Below, piece after piece: positions 10,433-21,024 of a stretch of DNA of 55,754 nt. Numbering within the stretch: the first letter of the stretch is position 1; each line of letters begins with the position of its first letter. The stretch lies in NCBI GenBank assembly GCA_023247215.1, contig JAHFGX010000003.1, positions 1 through 55,754 of the forward strand. Direction: 5' to 3'. The notes under the pieces were generated by a model, which was given only the letters and a program-made list of their open reading frames with translations, did no database searches and was not told the DNA's origin. The translations under genes were made by a program, and so were the position numbers. The DNA is from Candidatus Omnitrophota bacterium. Lineage in GTDB: Bacteria > Omnitrophota > Gorgyraeia > Aquiviventales > Aquiviventaceae.

Positions 10433-11631
10433 TGCCATGGATGAACGGCGGGGTGACGGCGGCGCTGGGATTTGTGGCCGCCGGGATTCATGGCGGCATC
10501 AAGCGGGGGTTGAAGCCCGACCTGGCGCTGGTGCGGTCTGAGTCGCCGTCGGTGGCTGTGGGCACGCTGACGACCAACCGGGTCAAGGCGCCGCCGATCG
10601 TGATCAGTCAAGGCCGGCTGCGCAGCGGCCGGGCGGATGCCGTGCTCTTGAACAGCGGCTGCGCCAACTGCATGACCGGCGCGGCCGGCTACCAGGATGC
10701 CGTGCAGCTCAGCGGCGCGGTGGCGCGGCTATTGGGGCTGCCGTCGGAGCGGATCCTCGTGGCGTCCACCGGCATCATCGGCCGGCGGCTGCCGGCCCCC
10801 AAGCTGTTGCGGGCGATCCCCAACTTGGTTCGGGCAGCGTCGCGATCCGGCCATGCGAACGCCGCCCGCGCGATCCTGACGACGGACCAGCGCATTAAAG
10901 AGGCCGCCGTGGAAGCCCGCCTCGGCGGGAAGCTGTGCCGGCTCGGCGGCATGGCCAAAGGAGCCGGCATGATCGCGCCCTCGATGGCGACGATGTTGTG
11001 CGTCCTAACCACCGATGTGAAGATTGAAGCGGCATTCGCGCGTCGGCTGCTGCGCGAGGCGGTGGAGCAATCCTTCAACCGCATCAGCGTCGACGGCGAC
11101 ATGAGCACCAACGACTGCGTGTTCCTGTTGGCCAACGGACGCTCCGGGGTGTCCGTGCGGCCGGGCGCGCCAACCGCCCGGCAGTTCGCGCGGATGCTGC
11201 AGGCGGTCACCCATCGGCTGGCGTATTTGATCGTGCAGGACGGGGAAGGCGCCACACGGGTGGCCGCCATCCAGGTGGCCGGAGCGCGCACCGATCGCGA
11301 GGCGCTGGCCTGCGCGCGGGCGGTGGCGACCTCCAGCCTGGTGCAGACCATGCTGGCCAGCGGCGACCCGAATGTGGGCCGGATCGCCTCCGCGGCCGGC
11401 GCATCCGGCGCGCGGTTCGACCCAAAGCGCCTGGCCATCCAGATCGGCGGCCACACGGCGGTGGCGCGCGGAGTGGCCCGTCGCATTGGAAAAGAGCTGG
11501 CCAAGCAGATGTTCGGCTCGCGTGATGTCACGATCCGCTTGGATTTGGGCGCAGGCCGAGGGACGGCGCACATGACCACCTGCGATTTGACCGAGGCGTA
11601 CGTGCGGATCAACGCGTTTTATCCGACGTGA
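10432..11631 (+). CDS. argJ: Ornithine acetyltransferase / N-acetylglutamate synthase
   Basis: NSGCAN, STGIIG, KGAGMIAPSMATML, DGDMSTND, DGEGAT. Confidence 0.95.
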   Translation: MPWMNGGVTAALGFVAAGIHGGIKRGLKPDLALVRSESPSVAVGTLTTNRVKAPPIVISQGRLRSGRADAVLLNSGCANCMTGAAGYQDAVQLSGAVARLLGLPSERILVASTGIIGRRLPAPKLLRAIPNLVRAASRSGHANAARAILTTDQRIKEAAVEARLGGKLCRLGGMAKGAGMIAPSMATMLCVLTTDVKIEAAFARRLLREAVEQSFNRISVDGDMSTNDCVFLLANGRSGVSVRPGAPTARQFARMLQAVTHRLAYLIVQDGEGATRVAAIQVAGARTDREALACARAVATSSLVQTMLASGDPNVGRIASAAGASGARFDPKRLAIQIGGHTAVARGVARRIGKELAKQMFGSRDVTIRLDLGAGRGTAHMTTCDLTEAYVRINAFYPT

Positions 11632-11641
11632 CGGGTATCTG

Positions 11642-12490
11642 ATGCAAGACGTGATCCGCAAAGCCGACATCTTGATTGAGGCGCTGCCGTACTTGCAGGC
11701 ATTCCGGGGCAAGGTGATCGTGGCCAAATACGGCGGCAGCGCCATTGACAATCCCACCGCCATGCGGGGCATTCTGCAGGACCTGGTGTTCTTGAGCGTC
11801 GTCGGGCTGCGGCCGATCCTGGTGCATGGCGGCGGGCCGGCGATTACGCGCAAGCTGGCGGCGCGCGGCCATGAGACGACCTTCATTGACGGCATGCGCG
11901 TCACGGACCGCGCCACGGTGCAATTGGTGGATGACGCGCTGACCGAAGTGAACCATCGCCTCGTGCGGCAGGTTCGCTTGCTGGGCGGGCAGGCCCAGGG
12001 TGTGGTGGCGCACGACCGGGTGGTCGTCGCCAGCCCGCACCCGCGCGCGAAGGAGCTGGGGTTCGTCGGCTTGGTCCGCCGTGTCCGCGCGGCGCGCCTC
12101 CGGGCCATCCTGGGGCGGCACGTCGTTCCGGTGGTGTCGCCGATCGGCTCGGCCGGCCGGCAGCGGTACAACATCAACGCCGACACCGTCGCCAGCCATG
12201 TGGCCGCCGAGCTGCGCGCCGAGAAGCTGGTCTTGCTGACCAACGTCCGGGGCATCTTGCGCAAGCCCGGCCACGTGGAGTCGCTGTTGTCCACCGTCTC
12301 GGTGAAGGAGACCGCGCGGCTGGTGAAGTCCGGCGTGGTGCAGAGCGGGATGATTCCGAAAGTGGCGGCATGTGTTGAGGCGCTGCAGCATGGCGTGAAG
12401 AAAGCGCACATTATTGACGCGGCGATCCCGCACGCGATGCTGCTGGAAATTTTCACCAAGCAAGGGATCGGCACGGAGATTATCCGCTGA
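11642..12490 (+). CDS. argB: Acetylglutamate kinase
   Basis: EALPYL, KYGGSA, VHGGGP, GMRVTD, NINAD, GMIPK. Confidence 0.97.
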   Translation: MQDVIRKADILIEALPYLQAFRGKVIVAKYGGSAIDNPTAMRGILQDLVFLSVVGLRPILVHGGGPAITRKLAARGHETTFIDGMRVTDRATVQLVDDALTEVNHRLVRQVRLLGGQAQGVVAHDRVVVASPHPRAKELGFVGLVRRVRAARLRAILGRHVVPVVSPIGSAGRQRYNINADTVASHVAAELRAEKLVLLTNVRGILRKPGHVESLLSTVSVKETARLVKSGVVQSGMIPKVAACVEALQHGVKKAHIIDAAIPHAMLLEIFTKQGIGTEIIR

Positions 12491-13695
12491 TGGCCGGCAC
12501 CACGCGGGACGTGATCGCCCACTATGACCGGTACGTGATGAACACGTACGTCCGGACGCCGCTGGTCCTCACCAAAGGCAAGGGCAGCCGCGTGTGGGAT
12601 CTCGAAGGGCGCGAGTACCTGGACCTGTTCCCGGGCTGGGGTGTGAGCGGGCTGGGGCATTGCCATCCGTGGATCATGAAAGCGCTGCGGGGGCAGTCCG
12701 GCCGCCTGGTCCACGTGCCGAACAATTACTATCACCCGGCGCAGGCCAAGCTGGCGAAGAAACTGGTGAGCCTGGCGTTCGACGGGAAAGCGTTCTTCGC
12801 CAACAGCGGCGCGGAGGTGGTGGAAGCCGCCATCAAGCTGGCGCGGCGATGGGGGCAGGCTCAGACGCCGCCCACGCATGAAATCATCGTCATGGAGCGC
12901 TCCTTCCACGGCCGCACGATGGGCGCGCTCAGCGCGACCGGCCAGCCGAAGTACCAGGAGGGATTCGGCCCGCTGCTGCCGGGATTCGTCTGCGTGCCCT
13001 TCGGCGATCTCGACGCGGTGAAGCGCGCCGTGACGCCGCAGACCTGCGCCATCCTGCTGGAGCCGATCCAGGGCGAGGGCGGCGTGCGCGTGGCCGCGCC
13101 GGAGTTTTTACGCGGCGTCCGGCAGGTGGCGGAGCAGCATCGCCTGCTGGTGATGTACGATGAGATCCAAACCGGCATGGGCCGGACCGGGACGTGGTTT
13201 GCGTTCCAACAGACCGGCATCGAGCCGGACGTGCTGCTGCTGGCCAAAACGCTGGGCGGCGGGGTGCCCATCGGCGCGATGATCGCCAAGCGCGCCATCG
13301 CCGGTGTGCTGACGCCGGGCACGCACGCCTCCACCTTCGGCGGCAACCCGCTGGTGGCGGTGTCGGCGTTGGCGGCGTGCGAGGTGATCGAGCGGCAAAA
13401 ATTGCTGGACCGGGCGACCCAATTCGGACGGGTGGCGCGCGAGCGGTTGGCGGCGCTGCAGGCCCGTTGCCCGATCATCGCCGAGGTGCGAGGGATGGGG
13501 CTGATGATCGGGATTGAGCTGCGCGTGAACGGGGGGCCACTCGTCGAGGCGTGCCGCGCCCAGCGGGTGTTGATCAACTGCACGCAGGAGCGGGTGCTGC
13601 GGATCCTGCCGGCGCTGACTATCACGCGGGCGCAGTTGGATCGGGGATTGGACGTCTTGGAGCGCGTGCTGCTGGAGTCGGCATCTCATGCATGA
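12490..13695 (+). CDS. argD: Acetylornithine aminotransferase
   Basis: NSGAE, SFHGRT, EPIQGEGG, DEIQTGMGRTG, AKTLGGG, HASTFGGNP. Confidence 0.95.
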   Translation: MAGTTRDVIAHYDRYVMNTYVRTPLVLTKGKGSRVWDLEGREYLDLFPGWGVSGLGHCHPWIMKALRGQSGRLVHVPNNYYHPAQAKLAKKLVSLAFDGKAFFANSGAEVVEAAIKLARRWGQAQTPPTHEIIVMERSFHGRTMGALSATGQPKYQEGFGPLLPGFVCVPFGDLDAVKRAVTPQTCAILLEPIQGEGGVRVAAPEFLRGVRQVAEQHRLLVMYDEIQTGMGRTGTWFAFQQTGIEPDVLLLAKTLGGGVPIGAMIAKRAIAGVLTPGTHASTFGGNPLVAVSALAACEVIERQKLLDRATQFGRVARERLAALQARCPIIAEVRGMGLMIGIELRVNGGPLVEACRAQRVLINCTQERVLRILPALTITRAQLDRGLDVLERVLLESASHA

Positions 13696-14608
13696 CATTT
13701 TACGAGTCACGGACCTTTCGGCGGAGGAGCTGACGGCCGCGCTGCGGTTGGCCGCGCGCTGCAAGCGGTCTCCTCGCCTCGGTCAGGGCGTGTTGGCGGG
13801 CCGGGCGCTGGCCCTGGTGTTTCAAAAGCCCTCCGTGCGCACCCGCGTGTCGTTTGAAGTGGCGGCGGTCCAGATGGGCGGGACGGCCATCTACCTCGGC
13901 CCTGAGGACATCCAATTGAACCACCGGGAGCCGGTGCAGGACGTGGCGCGCACCCTCTCGCGGTACGTGGACGGCATCATCGTGCGTACCTTCGGGCATG
14001 AAGACGCGGAAGCCTTCGCGCGCTGGGCCTCGGTGCCGGTGATCAACGGCCTCTCCGCGCTGCACCATCCCTGCCAGGCGGTGGCGGACCTGCTGACGAT
14101 CCACGAGCGCTTCGGCCGGCTGCGCGGGCTCACCGTGGGATACGTGGGCGATGGCAACAACGTGCTCCATTCGTTGATGGAGGCGTGCGGGATGCTGGGG
14201 GTGCACCTGCGCGTGGCGACCCCGGCGCGCTATCGGCCGGACCGCGCGCTCTGGGCGGACGGCCTCGTGCGCGCCAAGCGCCACGGCGCGACCCTCATAT
14301 GGTACGATGATTCGCGCGATGCGGTTCGAGGCGCCCAGGTGCTCTACACCGACGTGTGGGCGAGCATGGGGCAGGAGCACGAGCGGGCCGTGCGGCTCAA
14401 AGCGTTTCGGTCGTTTCAAATCAACGCCGGCCTGCTGAAGCTGGCGGCCCGTACCGCGATTGTCTTACACTGCCTGCCGGCGCATCGCGGCGAAGAGATC
14501 ACCGCGGACGTGGTCGAAGGGCCGCGCTCCGTCGTGTTCGACCAAGCGGAAAACCGCTTGCACGCGCAGAAGGCGTTGCTCATGATGGTGTTGGGAGAGA
14601 AACGATGA
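13688..14608 (+). CDS. argF: Ornithine carbamoyltransferase
   Basis: SVRTR, HPCQ, GDGNN, TDVWASMG, HCLPA, QAENRLH. Confidence 0.95.
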   Translation: MHDILRVTDLSAEELTAALRLAARCKRSPRLGQGVLAGRALALVFQKPSVRTRVSFEVAAVQMGGTAIYLGPEDIQLNHREPVQDVARTLSRYVDGIIVRTFGHEDAEAFARWASVPVINGLSALHHPCQAVADLLTIHERFGRLRGLTVGYVGDGNNVLHSLMEACGMLGVHLRVATPARYRPDRALWADGLVRAKRHGATLIWYDDSRDAVRGAQVLYTDVWASMGQEHERAVRLKAFRSFQINAGLLKLAARTAIVLHCLPAHRGEEITADVVEGPRSVVFDQAENRLHAQKALLMMVLGEKR

Positions 14609-15789
14609 AGACCGTGGTCTTGGCGTATTCCGGGGGGCTGGACACCTCCGTCTGCGTGCGGTGGCTGGCGGATCGCGGCTACCGGGTCGTCGCGTTCATG
14701 GCCGACGTCGGCCAAGGCGAGCCGTCGCAGCGGGTGCTCTCGCGGGCCAAGATCGCCGGCGCGTCGCAGGTGATCGTCAAAGATTTGCGGAAGGAATTCG
14801 CCCAAGATTACGTGCTGCCGGCGCTCCAGGCACACGCCGTCTATGAAGGCAAGTACCTCTTGGCGACGGCGCTCTCCCGTCCGCTGATCGCGAAGCATTT
14901 AGTGGAGGCGGCGCGCGCGGCGAACGCGGACGCAGTGGCGCACGGCTGCACCGGCAAGGGCAATGATCAGGTCCGGTTTGAAGTGTCGGTGCGGGCGCTG
15001 GACCCGCGCTTGCAGGTGCTGGCACCGTTGCGGGTGTGGGAGTTCCGCTCCCGCGAAGAAGAGATCGCGTACTGTGCGCGCCATCGCATTCCCATTGACG
15101 TGACGCGGAAGAGCCCCTACAGCATTGACCGGAACTTGTGGGGGGTGAGCGTCGAAGCCGGGGTCCTCGAGGACCCGTGGCGCGAGCCGCCGCTGGACAG
15201 CTTTCAATTTGTCAGCTCGCCGGAGCGCGCGCCGTCTCGCGCCGAGGTGGTCACTGTGGAGTTTCGGGGGGGCGTGCCGATCCGGTTGAACGGAACGCGG
15301 CTGGCCCTGGTGCCGTTGATTGACGCGCTCAACCGGATCGGGGCACGGCACGGCGTCGGGCGCACGGAGCTGATCGAGAGCCGCGTGGTGGGCATCAAGT
15401 CCCGGGAAGTGTATGAAGCGCCGGCGGCCCAGATCTTGTGGGAAGCGCACGGGGAATTGGAGCGGCTGGTGTTTGACCGCGAGTTGCTGCATTTCAAGCA
15501 ATCGCTGGGGCCGAAATACGCCGAGCTCGTCTATAACGGCCTGTGGTTCACGCCGCTGCGCGCGGCGCTGGATGCGTGCATCGGCTTCACCCAGCAGCGC
15601 GTCACCGGAGCGGTGCGGTTGAAGCTCTTCAAGGGGTCCTGCCAGGTGATCGGGCGGCGCTCGCCGCACAGCTTGTATCGCGAGCGGCTGGCCACCTACT
15701 CGGCAAAGGACCAGTTCGACCATGGGGCGGCGGAAGGATTCATCAAACTGTTTGGGTTGCCGTATGAAAGCGCGAACCTCTCAAAATAA
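14605..15789 (+). CDS. argG: Argininosuccinate synthase
   Basis: LAYSGGLDTS, HGCTGKGNDQVRF, YSIDRNLWG, GIKSREVYEAP; ATG overlaps the argF stop. Confidence 0.97.
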   Translation: MKTVVLAYSGGLDTSVCVRWLADRGYRVVAFMADVGQGEPSQRVLSRAKIAGASQVIVKDLRKEFAQDYVLPALQAHAVYEGKYLLATALSRPLIAKHLVEAARAANADAVAHGCTGKGNDQVRFEVSVRALDPRLQVLAPLRVWEFRSREEEIAYCARHRIPIDVTRKSPYSIDRNLWGVSVEAGVLEDPWREPPLDSFQFVSSPERAPSRAEVVTVEFRGGVPIRLNGTRLALVPLIDALNRIGARHGVGRTELIESRVVGIKSREVYEAPAAQILWEAHGELERLVFDRELLHFKQSLGPKYAELVYNGLWFTPLRAALDACIGFTQQRVTGAVRLKLFKGSCQVIGRRSPHSLYRERLATYSAKDQFDHGAAEGFIKLFGLPYESANLSK

Positions 15790-17164
15790 ATTGTGGGGTG
15801 GACGGTTCCGCAAGCCCACGGATCCCCGCGTCGAGCGCTTCACCTCGAGCATTGGGGTGGACGCGCGCCTGGCGCGCTACGACGTGCGGGGCTCCATCGC
15901 GCACGCCCGGATGCTGGGCGCCTGCGGCCTCTTGTCGCGCGCGGAAGCGGCCCGGCTCGTGGGAGGGTTGACCAAGCTGCTGCGCGCGATTGAGCGGGGC
16001 GCGTTCAAGCCCGACCCGCGTGCCGAAGACATTCACACGCAAATCGAGACGATGTTGAAGGCGATGATCGGCCCGGTGGCCAACAAGCTCCATACCGCCC
16101 GCAGCCGCAACGATCAGGTGGCGCTGGACCTGCGCCTCTATTGCCGGGATGTGGCGGAGCAGCTGGACGGGCAAATCGCCGCCTTGCAGCGCGCGCTGGT
16201 GGACGCGGCCGCAGCGCATCAGGACGTCGTGATCCCCGGCTATACCCATTTGCAGCGCGCGCAGCCCGTGCTGCTGGCGCACCACCTGTTGGCCTACGTC
16301 GAGATGCTGCAGCGCGACCGCGGGCGGCTCGCCGATGCTAAAGGACGGATCAACATTTCGCCGTTGGGCGCCGGGGCGCTGGCGGGGACCTCGCTGCCGA
16401 TCAACCGCCGCGCCGTCGCGCGGGCCTTGGGCATGAGCGGGGTTGCGGGGAACAGCCTGGATGCCGTGTCGGACCGGGATTTCGCCGTGGAGCTGGTGTC
16501 GGCGCTGGCGCTGCTGGGGGTGCATCTGTCCCGATTCGCCGAGGATCTCATTCTCTGGGCGACGGAGGAGTTCGGCATCCTGGAGCTGGACGACGCGTTT
16601 GCCACCGGCTCCAGCCTGATGCCGCAGAAGAAAAACCCGGACGTGCTGGAGCTGATCCGCGGGCAGGCCGGCATCATCCTGGGCGGCTGCACCGCGCTGC
16701 TCACCATGCTCAAAGGGCTGCCGCTGGCGTATAATCGGGATTTGCAGTGGGACAAGGCCGTCGTCTTCCAGGCGGTGGACGCCTCCTCGTCGGCCGTCGG
16801 CGTGCTGATCCCATTTGTGCAGCACCTGCGCATCCGGCGGAGCCGGATCGGCCGGCTGCTGGAATCGGATGAGCTGTGCGCCACGGACATTGCTGAAGAG
16901 CTGGTCCGGCACGGCGTGGCATTCCGGACCGCCCATGAAGCGGTCGGCCGGGTGGTGCGCGAAGCGGCGGTCCGCGGCCGGCGGGTGCGCGACGTGGCGG
17001 CGGCATCGCTGCCGCTGTTCGTGCGGGGCCTGGATGCGCGGGCGCTTCGGCGATTGGACCCGCGCCAGTCCGTGGCGCGTAAGGTCAGCGAGGGCGGGAC
17101 CGGCCCGCGGCAGGTCCGGCAGGCGATCGCGCAATGGCGCCGGCGTTTGCGCCCGGCGAGGTGA
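15764..17164 (+). CDS. argH: Argininosuccinate lyase
   Basis: [38 protein letters not shown]. Confidence 0.97.
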   Translation: MKARTSQNKLWGGRFRKPTDPRVERFTSSIGVDARLARYDVRGSIAHARMLGACGLLSRAEAARLVGGLTKLLRAIERGAFKPDPRAEDIHTQIETMLKAMIGPVANKLHTARSRNDQVALDLRLYCRDVAEQLDGQIAALQRALVDAAAAHQDVVIPGYTHLQRAQPVLLAHHLLAYVEMLQRDRGRLADAKGRINISPLGAGALAGTSLPINRRAVARALGMSGVAGNSLDAVSDRDFAVELVSALALLGVHLSRFAEDLILWATEEFGILELDDAFATGSSLMPQKKNPDVLELIRGQAGIILGGCTALLTMLKGLPLAYNRDLQWDKAVVFQAVDASSSAVGVLIPFVQHLRIRRSRIGRLLESDELCATDIAEELVRHGVAFRTAHEAVGRVVREAAVRGRRVRDVAAASLPLFVRGLDARALRRLDPRQSVARKVSEGGTGPRQVRQAIAQWRRRLRPAR

Positions 17165-17173
17165 GTATCAGCC

Positions 17174-18442
17174 ATGCATGATTTTCATGTGAGACGCGGA
17201 CAACTCTATTGCGAGCAGGTGCCGGTCGACCGTATTGCCTCGGCCGTCGGCACGCCGGTCTACATCTACAGCCACCACACGCTGCTGGACCATTTCCACA
17301 AGCTCCGGCGCGCGTTCCGGGCGCTGCAGCCGCGGATCTGTTTCTCCGTGAAGGCCAACGGCAACCTGGCGATCTTAACACTCCTGGTCCAGGAAGGCGC
17401 CGGGCTGGACATCGTCTCCGGCGGGGAGCTGTTCCGGGCGCTTCGCGCTGGTTGTCCGCCGGGCCGCATCGTCTTCGCCAGCGTGGGCAAGAGTTCGGAG
17501 GAGATCCGCGAAGCGCTGCGGCGGAAGATCTTCTGCTTCAACGTGGAGTCGATCCCTGAGCTCCTGGCGATTAATGCGGAAGCGCGCCGGTTGGGCTGCG
17601 CGGCGCCCGTGGCCCTGCGGATCAATCCAAACGTGGACGCCCACACCCACCGCTACATCACGACGGGCACGGCCGAGAGCAAGTTCGGCGTCAGCCTGGA
17701 GGCCGCGGAGGCGTTTATCCTGCGGCGGTGGCGCGAGGTGCCGGCCATCACGCTGTTGGGGTTCCATCTCCATATCGGATCGCAGATCACCAAGTCCGCT
17801 CCGTTCCTGAAAGCGATCCGGCGCGTGGGGGCGCTGATCCGGCGCGTCCGGCGGGCCGGGGTGGACGTGGACTATTTGAACCTGGGCGGCGGGTTGGGGA
17901 TCGTCTACAAAGACGAGCGGCCGCAGACCGCGGAGGCCTTTGCGAACGCGGTCATCCCGGTGATTCAGCGGCTCAAGGTGCGCCTGATCCTGGAGCCGGG
18001 CCGGTTCATCGTCGGCAACGCCGGCATCCTGGTGACGCAGGTGCTCTACGTGAAGCCGATGCGCACGCGGGACTTCGCCGTCGTGGATGCCGGCATGAAT
18101 GACCTCATCCGGCCGGCGCTGTATGGCGCGTATCATGAAGTCGCGCCGACGAAGCGGAACGGCCAGACCGCGACGCGCCTGTATGACGTGGTGGGTCCGA
18201 TCTGCGAAAGCGCGGATGTGCTGGCGCGCGAGCGCCGGCTGCCGGTGCTCAAACCGGGCCGCCGGCTCGCGATCTTCGGCGCCGGGGCCTATGGGTTCGT
18301 GATGGCCTCGAACTACAACGGCCGCCCGCGTGCGGCCGAGGTGCTGGTGAAGAACCGCCGGTGGTTCATCATCCGCCGGCGCGAGACGCCGGAAGATTTG
18401 CTGCGGCAGGACGTCATTCCGTCGGCGCTGGTGAAGAGTTAA
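17174..18442 (+). CDS. lysA: Diaminopimelate decarboxylase
   Basis: SVKAN, SGGEL, SKFG, HIGSQ, EPGRF, GPICES, YGFVMASNYN. Confidence 0.96.
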   Translation: MHDFHVRRGQLYCEQVPVDRIASAVGTPVYIYSHHTLLDHFHKLRRAFRALQPRICFSVKANGNLAILTLLVQEGAGLDIVSGGELFRALRAGCPPGRIVFASVGKSSEEIREALRRKIFCFNVESIPELLAINAEARRLGCAAPVALRINPNVDAHTHRYITTGTAESKFGVSLEAAEAFILRRWREVPAITLLGFHLHIGSQITKSAPFLKAIRRVGALIRRVRRAGVDVDYLNLGGGLGIVYKDERPQTAEAFANAVIPVIQRLKVRLILEPGRFIVGNAGILVTQVLYVKPMRTRDFAVVDAGMNDLIRPALYGAYHEVAPTKRNGQTATRLYDVVGPICESADVLARERRLPVLKPGRRLAIFGAGAYGFVMASNYNGRPRAAEVLVKNRRWFIIRRRETPEDLLRQDVIPSALVKS

Positions 18443-18446
18443 AGAC

Positions 18447-19328
18447 ATGCCCCAACACCTGATCCCGTTTACGAAGATGGCCGGCACCGGCAATGATTTC
18501 CTGATCGTCAGGCCTGAGGCGCGCCTGCGCCGCCGGCTCGGGGCGCAGTGGGCGGCGGCGGCGCGGCAGTGGTGCGACCGCCGGCTCGGGGTCGGGGCGG
18601 ACGGGCTGCTGGTGATCGAGCCGTCGCGCCGCGCAGACGGCCGGATGCGGATCTTCAACGCCGACGGCTCTGAGGCCGAGATGTGCGGCAACGGCGCCCG
18701 GTGCGTCGCCCGGTACTTGATCAGCGCGTCACCGCGCGGCACGCGCGGGCACGCGGTGGTGGACACATGCGCGGGCGTGTTGCGCGCCGACGTGCGCGGC
18801 GACCACGTGGCGATCACGATGCCGGCGCCGCGCGACCTGCGCCTGGGCGTGCCGGTGCAGCTCCGCGGCCGGCGGCTGCATGTCCACTCCATCAACACCG
18901 GCGTGCCGCATGCCGTCGTGCCGGTGGCCTCCCTGGGCCGCATGGATGTGGATTCGCTCGGGCGGCAGCTGCGCTTCCACCCGGCCTTTCAGCCGGCCGG
19001 CGCCAACGTGAATTTTGTGGAGGCCGATGCCCGGCACCCGGATCGCGTCAAGATCCGGACCTACGAACGCGGTGTTGAAGGCGAGACGCTGGCCTGCGGA
19101 ACGGGCGCCACGGCCTCGGCCATTCTCTATGCGGTTGCGAATGAAACGAACGGCGCATCAGGCCGACGGCGGGTTGAAGTGGAGACGCAAGGCGGGGACA
19201 CGCTGGCAATTTCGTTTGCGGTGCGGCGCTCAGCTGGACGGTGGCAGGTTGGCGACGTGGTGCTGGAGGGCGCGGTGCGGTGGATTTGCCAGGGTGTTGT
19301 GCCTTGGCCAATAAAAGGTGGTCGATGA
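18447..19328 (+). CDS. dapF: Diaminopimelate epimerase
   Basis: KMAGTGNDF, GADG, EMCGNG, GVPH, ERGVEGETLACGTG. Confidence 0.96.
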   Translation: MPQHLIPFTKMAGTGNDFLIVRPEARLRRRLGAQWAAAARQWCDRRLGVGADGLLVIEPSRRADGRMRIFNADGSEAEMCGNGARCVARYLISASPRGTRGHAVVDTCAGVLRADVRGDHVAITMPAPRDLRLGVPVQLRGRRLHVHSINTGVPHAVVPVASLGRMDVDSLGRQLRFHPAFQPAGANVNFVEADARHPDRVKIRTYERGVEGETLACGTGATASAILYAVANETNGASGRRRVEVETQGGDTLAISFAVRRSAGRWQVGDVVLEGAVRWICQGVVPWPIKGGR

Positions 19329-20269
19329 CACAGCGGCTGAGAGGCTCGATGGTGGCGTTGGTTACGCCCTTCCGGGGCGGACGCCTGGATGAGCCTGCCT
19401 TGAAGCGCCTGGTGGAATTCCAAATTGAGAACGGCACGCAGGCCATCGTGCCCTGCGGCACGACCGGGGAATCCGCCACGCTCTCCCATGAAGAGCACGA
19501 CCGGGTCATCGAGCTGGTCATCCAGGCCGTGCGCGGCCGGATTCCGGTCATCGCCGGCACCGGGTCCAACAATACGCAGGAAGCCATCCGGCTGACGCGG
19601 CATGCCAAGCAGGCCGGCGCCGATGCCGCGCTGCTCATCTCCCCGTATTACAACAAGCCGACCCAGCGGGGACTGTATCTCCACTTCAAAGCGGTGGCGG
19701 AGGCGGTGGAGATCCCGCTCGTGCTCTACAACATCGCCTCGCGCACCGGCGTCAATATTGAGCCGGACACGCTCGCGCGGTTGGCGGCGGACGTGCCGTC
19801 AATCGTAGCGGTCAAAGAATCGAGCGGCAATTTGGAGCAGATGAGCCGGATCCTGCAGGTGACGGGACATCGCCTCGCGCTGATCTCCGGCGACGACGGC
19901 TTGACCTTGCCGGTGCTGGCGATCGGCGGTGTCGGGGTGATCTCGGTCGTGGCCAATCTCGTGCCGGCGGATGTGGCTGGCATGGTCCGCGCGTTCGAGC
20001 AAGGGAAGCTGCAGGACGCCCAAGCCCGGCATGAGCGCTTGTTGCCGCTGGTCAAAGCGCTGTTCGTGGAGACCAACCCGATTCCGGTCAAAACGGCGAT
20101 GGGCCTCCTCGGCCTGATCGAACCGTCGCTGCGCTTGCCCCTCTGCGAGATGGAGAGCGGGAACCTGGACAAGCTGACTGCGGCCCTGCGGGCCTATGGG
20201 TTGCTGAACGCAGCAGGGTCACGTCGTGTTCCCGGGCGCCGCTCAAAGGTGAAAGCCCATGCCGGTTAA
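19325..20269 (+). CDS. dapA: 4-hydroxy-tetrahydrodipicolinate synthase
   Basis: CGTTGES, AGTGSN, PYYNKP, LYNI, KESS, ETNPIPVK. Confidence 0.97.
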   Translation: MTQRLRGSMVALVTPFRGGRLDEPALKRLVEFQIENGTQAIVPCGTTGESATLSHEEHDRVIELVIQAVRGRIPVIAGTGSNNTQEAIRLTRHAKQAGADAALLISPYYNKPTQRGLYLHFKAVAEAVEIPLVLYNIASRTGVNIEPDTLARLAADVPSIVAVKESSGNLEQMSRILQVTGHRLALISGDDGLTLPVLAIGGVGVISVVANLVPADVAGMVRAFEQGKLQDAQARHERLLPLVKALFVETNPIPVKTAMGLLGLIEPSLRLPLCEMESGNLDKLTAALRAYGLLNAAGSRRVPGRRSKVKAHAG

Positions 20270-21020
20270 GCTGGTGATCACAGGATGCGGCGGCCGCATG
20301 GGCGCGCGCATCGCCCAATTGGCGCTGGCGGATCACGCCACGGCGGTGGCGGGAGCCGTGGAAGCCCGCGGCCACCGCGCCGTCGGGCAAGATCTTGGCG
20401 CGCTGCTGGGGCAGCCGGCGCTGGGCGTGCGCATCACGGACGATCTGGACGCGGCGCTGAAATCCGCGGACGTGCTGATTGAGTTCACCGAGCCGGCCGC
20501 CACCGTGGCGAACGTGCAGGCCGCCAGCGCGCTCAAGAAAGCCGTGGTCATCGGGACCACGGGGTTGACCGACGCCCAAGCGCAGGCCATCCGCCAGGCC
20601 GCCGCCCGCGTGCCGATCGTCTGGAGCCCGAATATGAGCATCGGCGTGAATGTGCTCTTCGAGCTGGCGAAACTGGCCGCGCAGCGGCTGGGGCCGGCAT
20701 ACGATGTCGAGGTTGTCGAGGCGCATCACCGCGCCAAGAAAGATGCGCCCAGCGGCACGGCCAAGCGATTAGTCGAGGTGATTGCGCAGGCGCGCCAGGT
20801 GCCGGCGGCCTCCATCCCGGCGCACGCGATCCGCGCGGGCGACATCGTGGGCGACCATACGGTGGTGCTGGCCGGCCCGGCGGAGCGGCTGGAGCTGACC
20901 CACCGCGCCCACAGCCGGGACGTGTTCGCAGGCGGCGCGTTGCGGGCGGCTCGCTGGGTCGTGGGACAGCCGCCGGGGTTGTACGACATGAGCCACGTGC
21001 TGCTCAACGGAGTGAAGTAG
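20259..21020 (+). CDS. dapB: 4-hydroxy-tetrahydrodipicolinate reductase
   Basis: GCGGRMG, GTTG, PNMSIG, EAHHRAKKDAPSGTA. Confidence 0.97.
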   Translation: MPVKLVITGCGGRMGARIAQLALADHATAVAGAVEARGHRAVGQDLGALLGQPALGVRITDDLDAALKSADVLIEFTEPAATVANVQAASALKKAVVIGTTGLTDAQAQAIRQAAARVPIVWSPNMSIGVNVLFELAKLAAQRLGPAYDVEVVEAHHRAKKDAPSGTAKRLVEVIAQARQVPAASIPAHAIRAGDIVGDHTVVLAGPAERLELTHRAHSRDVFAGGALRAARWVVGQPPGLYDMSHVLLNGVK

Positions 21021-21024
21021 TCTG

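Noticed and set aside
11005-12909. Long antisense or alternative-frame ORFs (for example 11005-12909, 17375-18943, 26821-28542)
   Set aside because: They shadow well-supported genes and lack motifs; expected from the scarcity of stop codons at high GC
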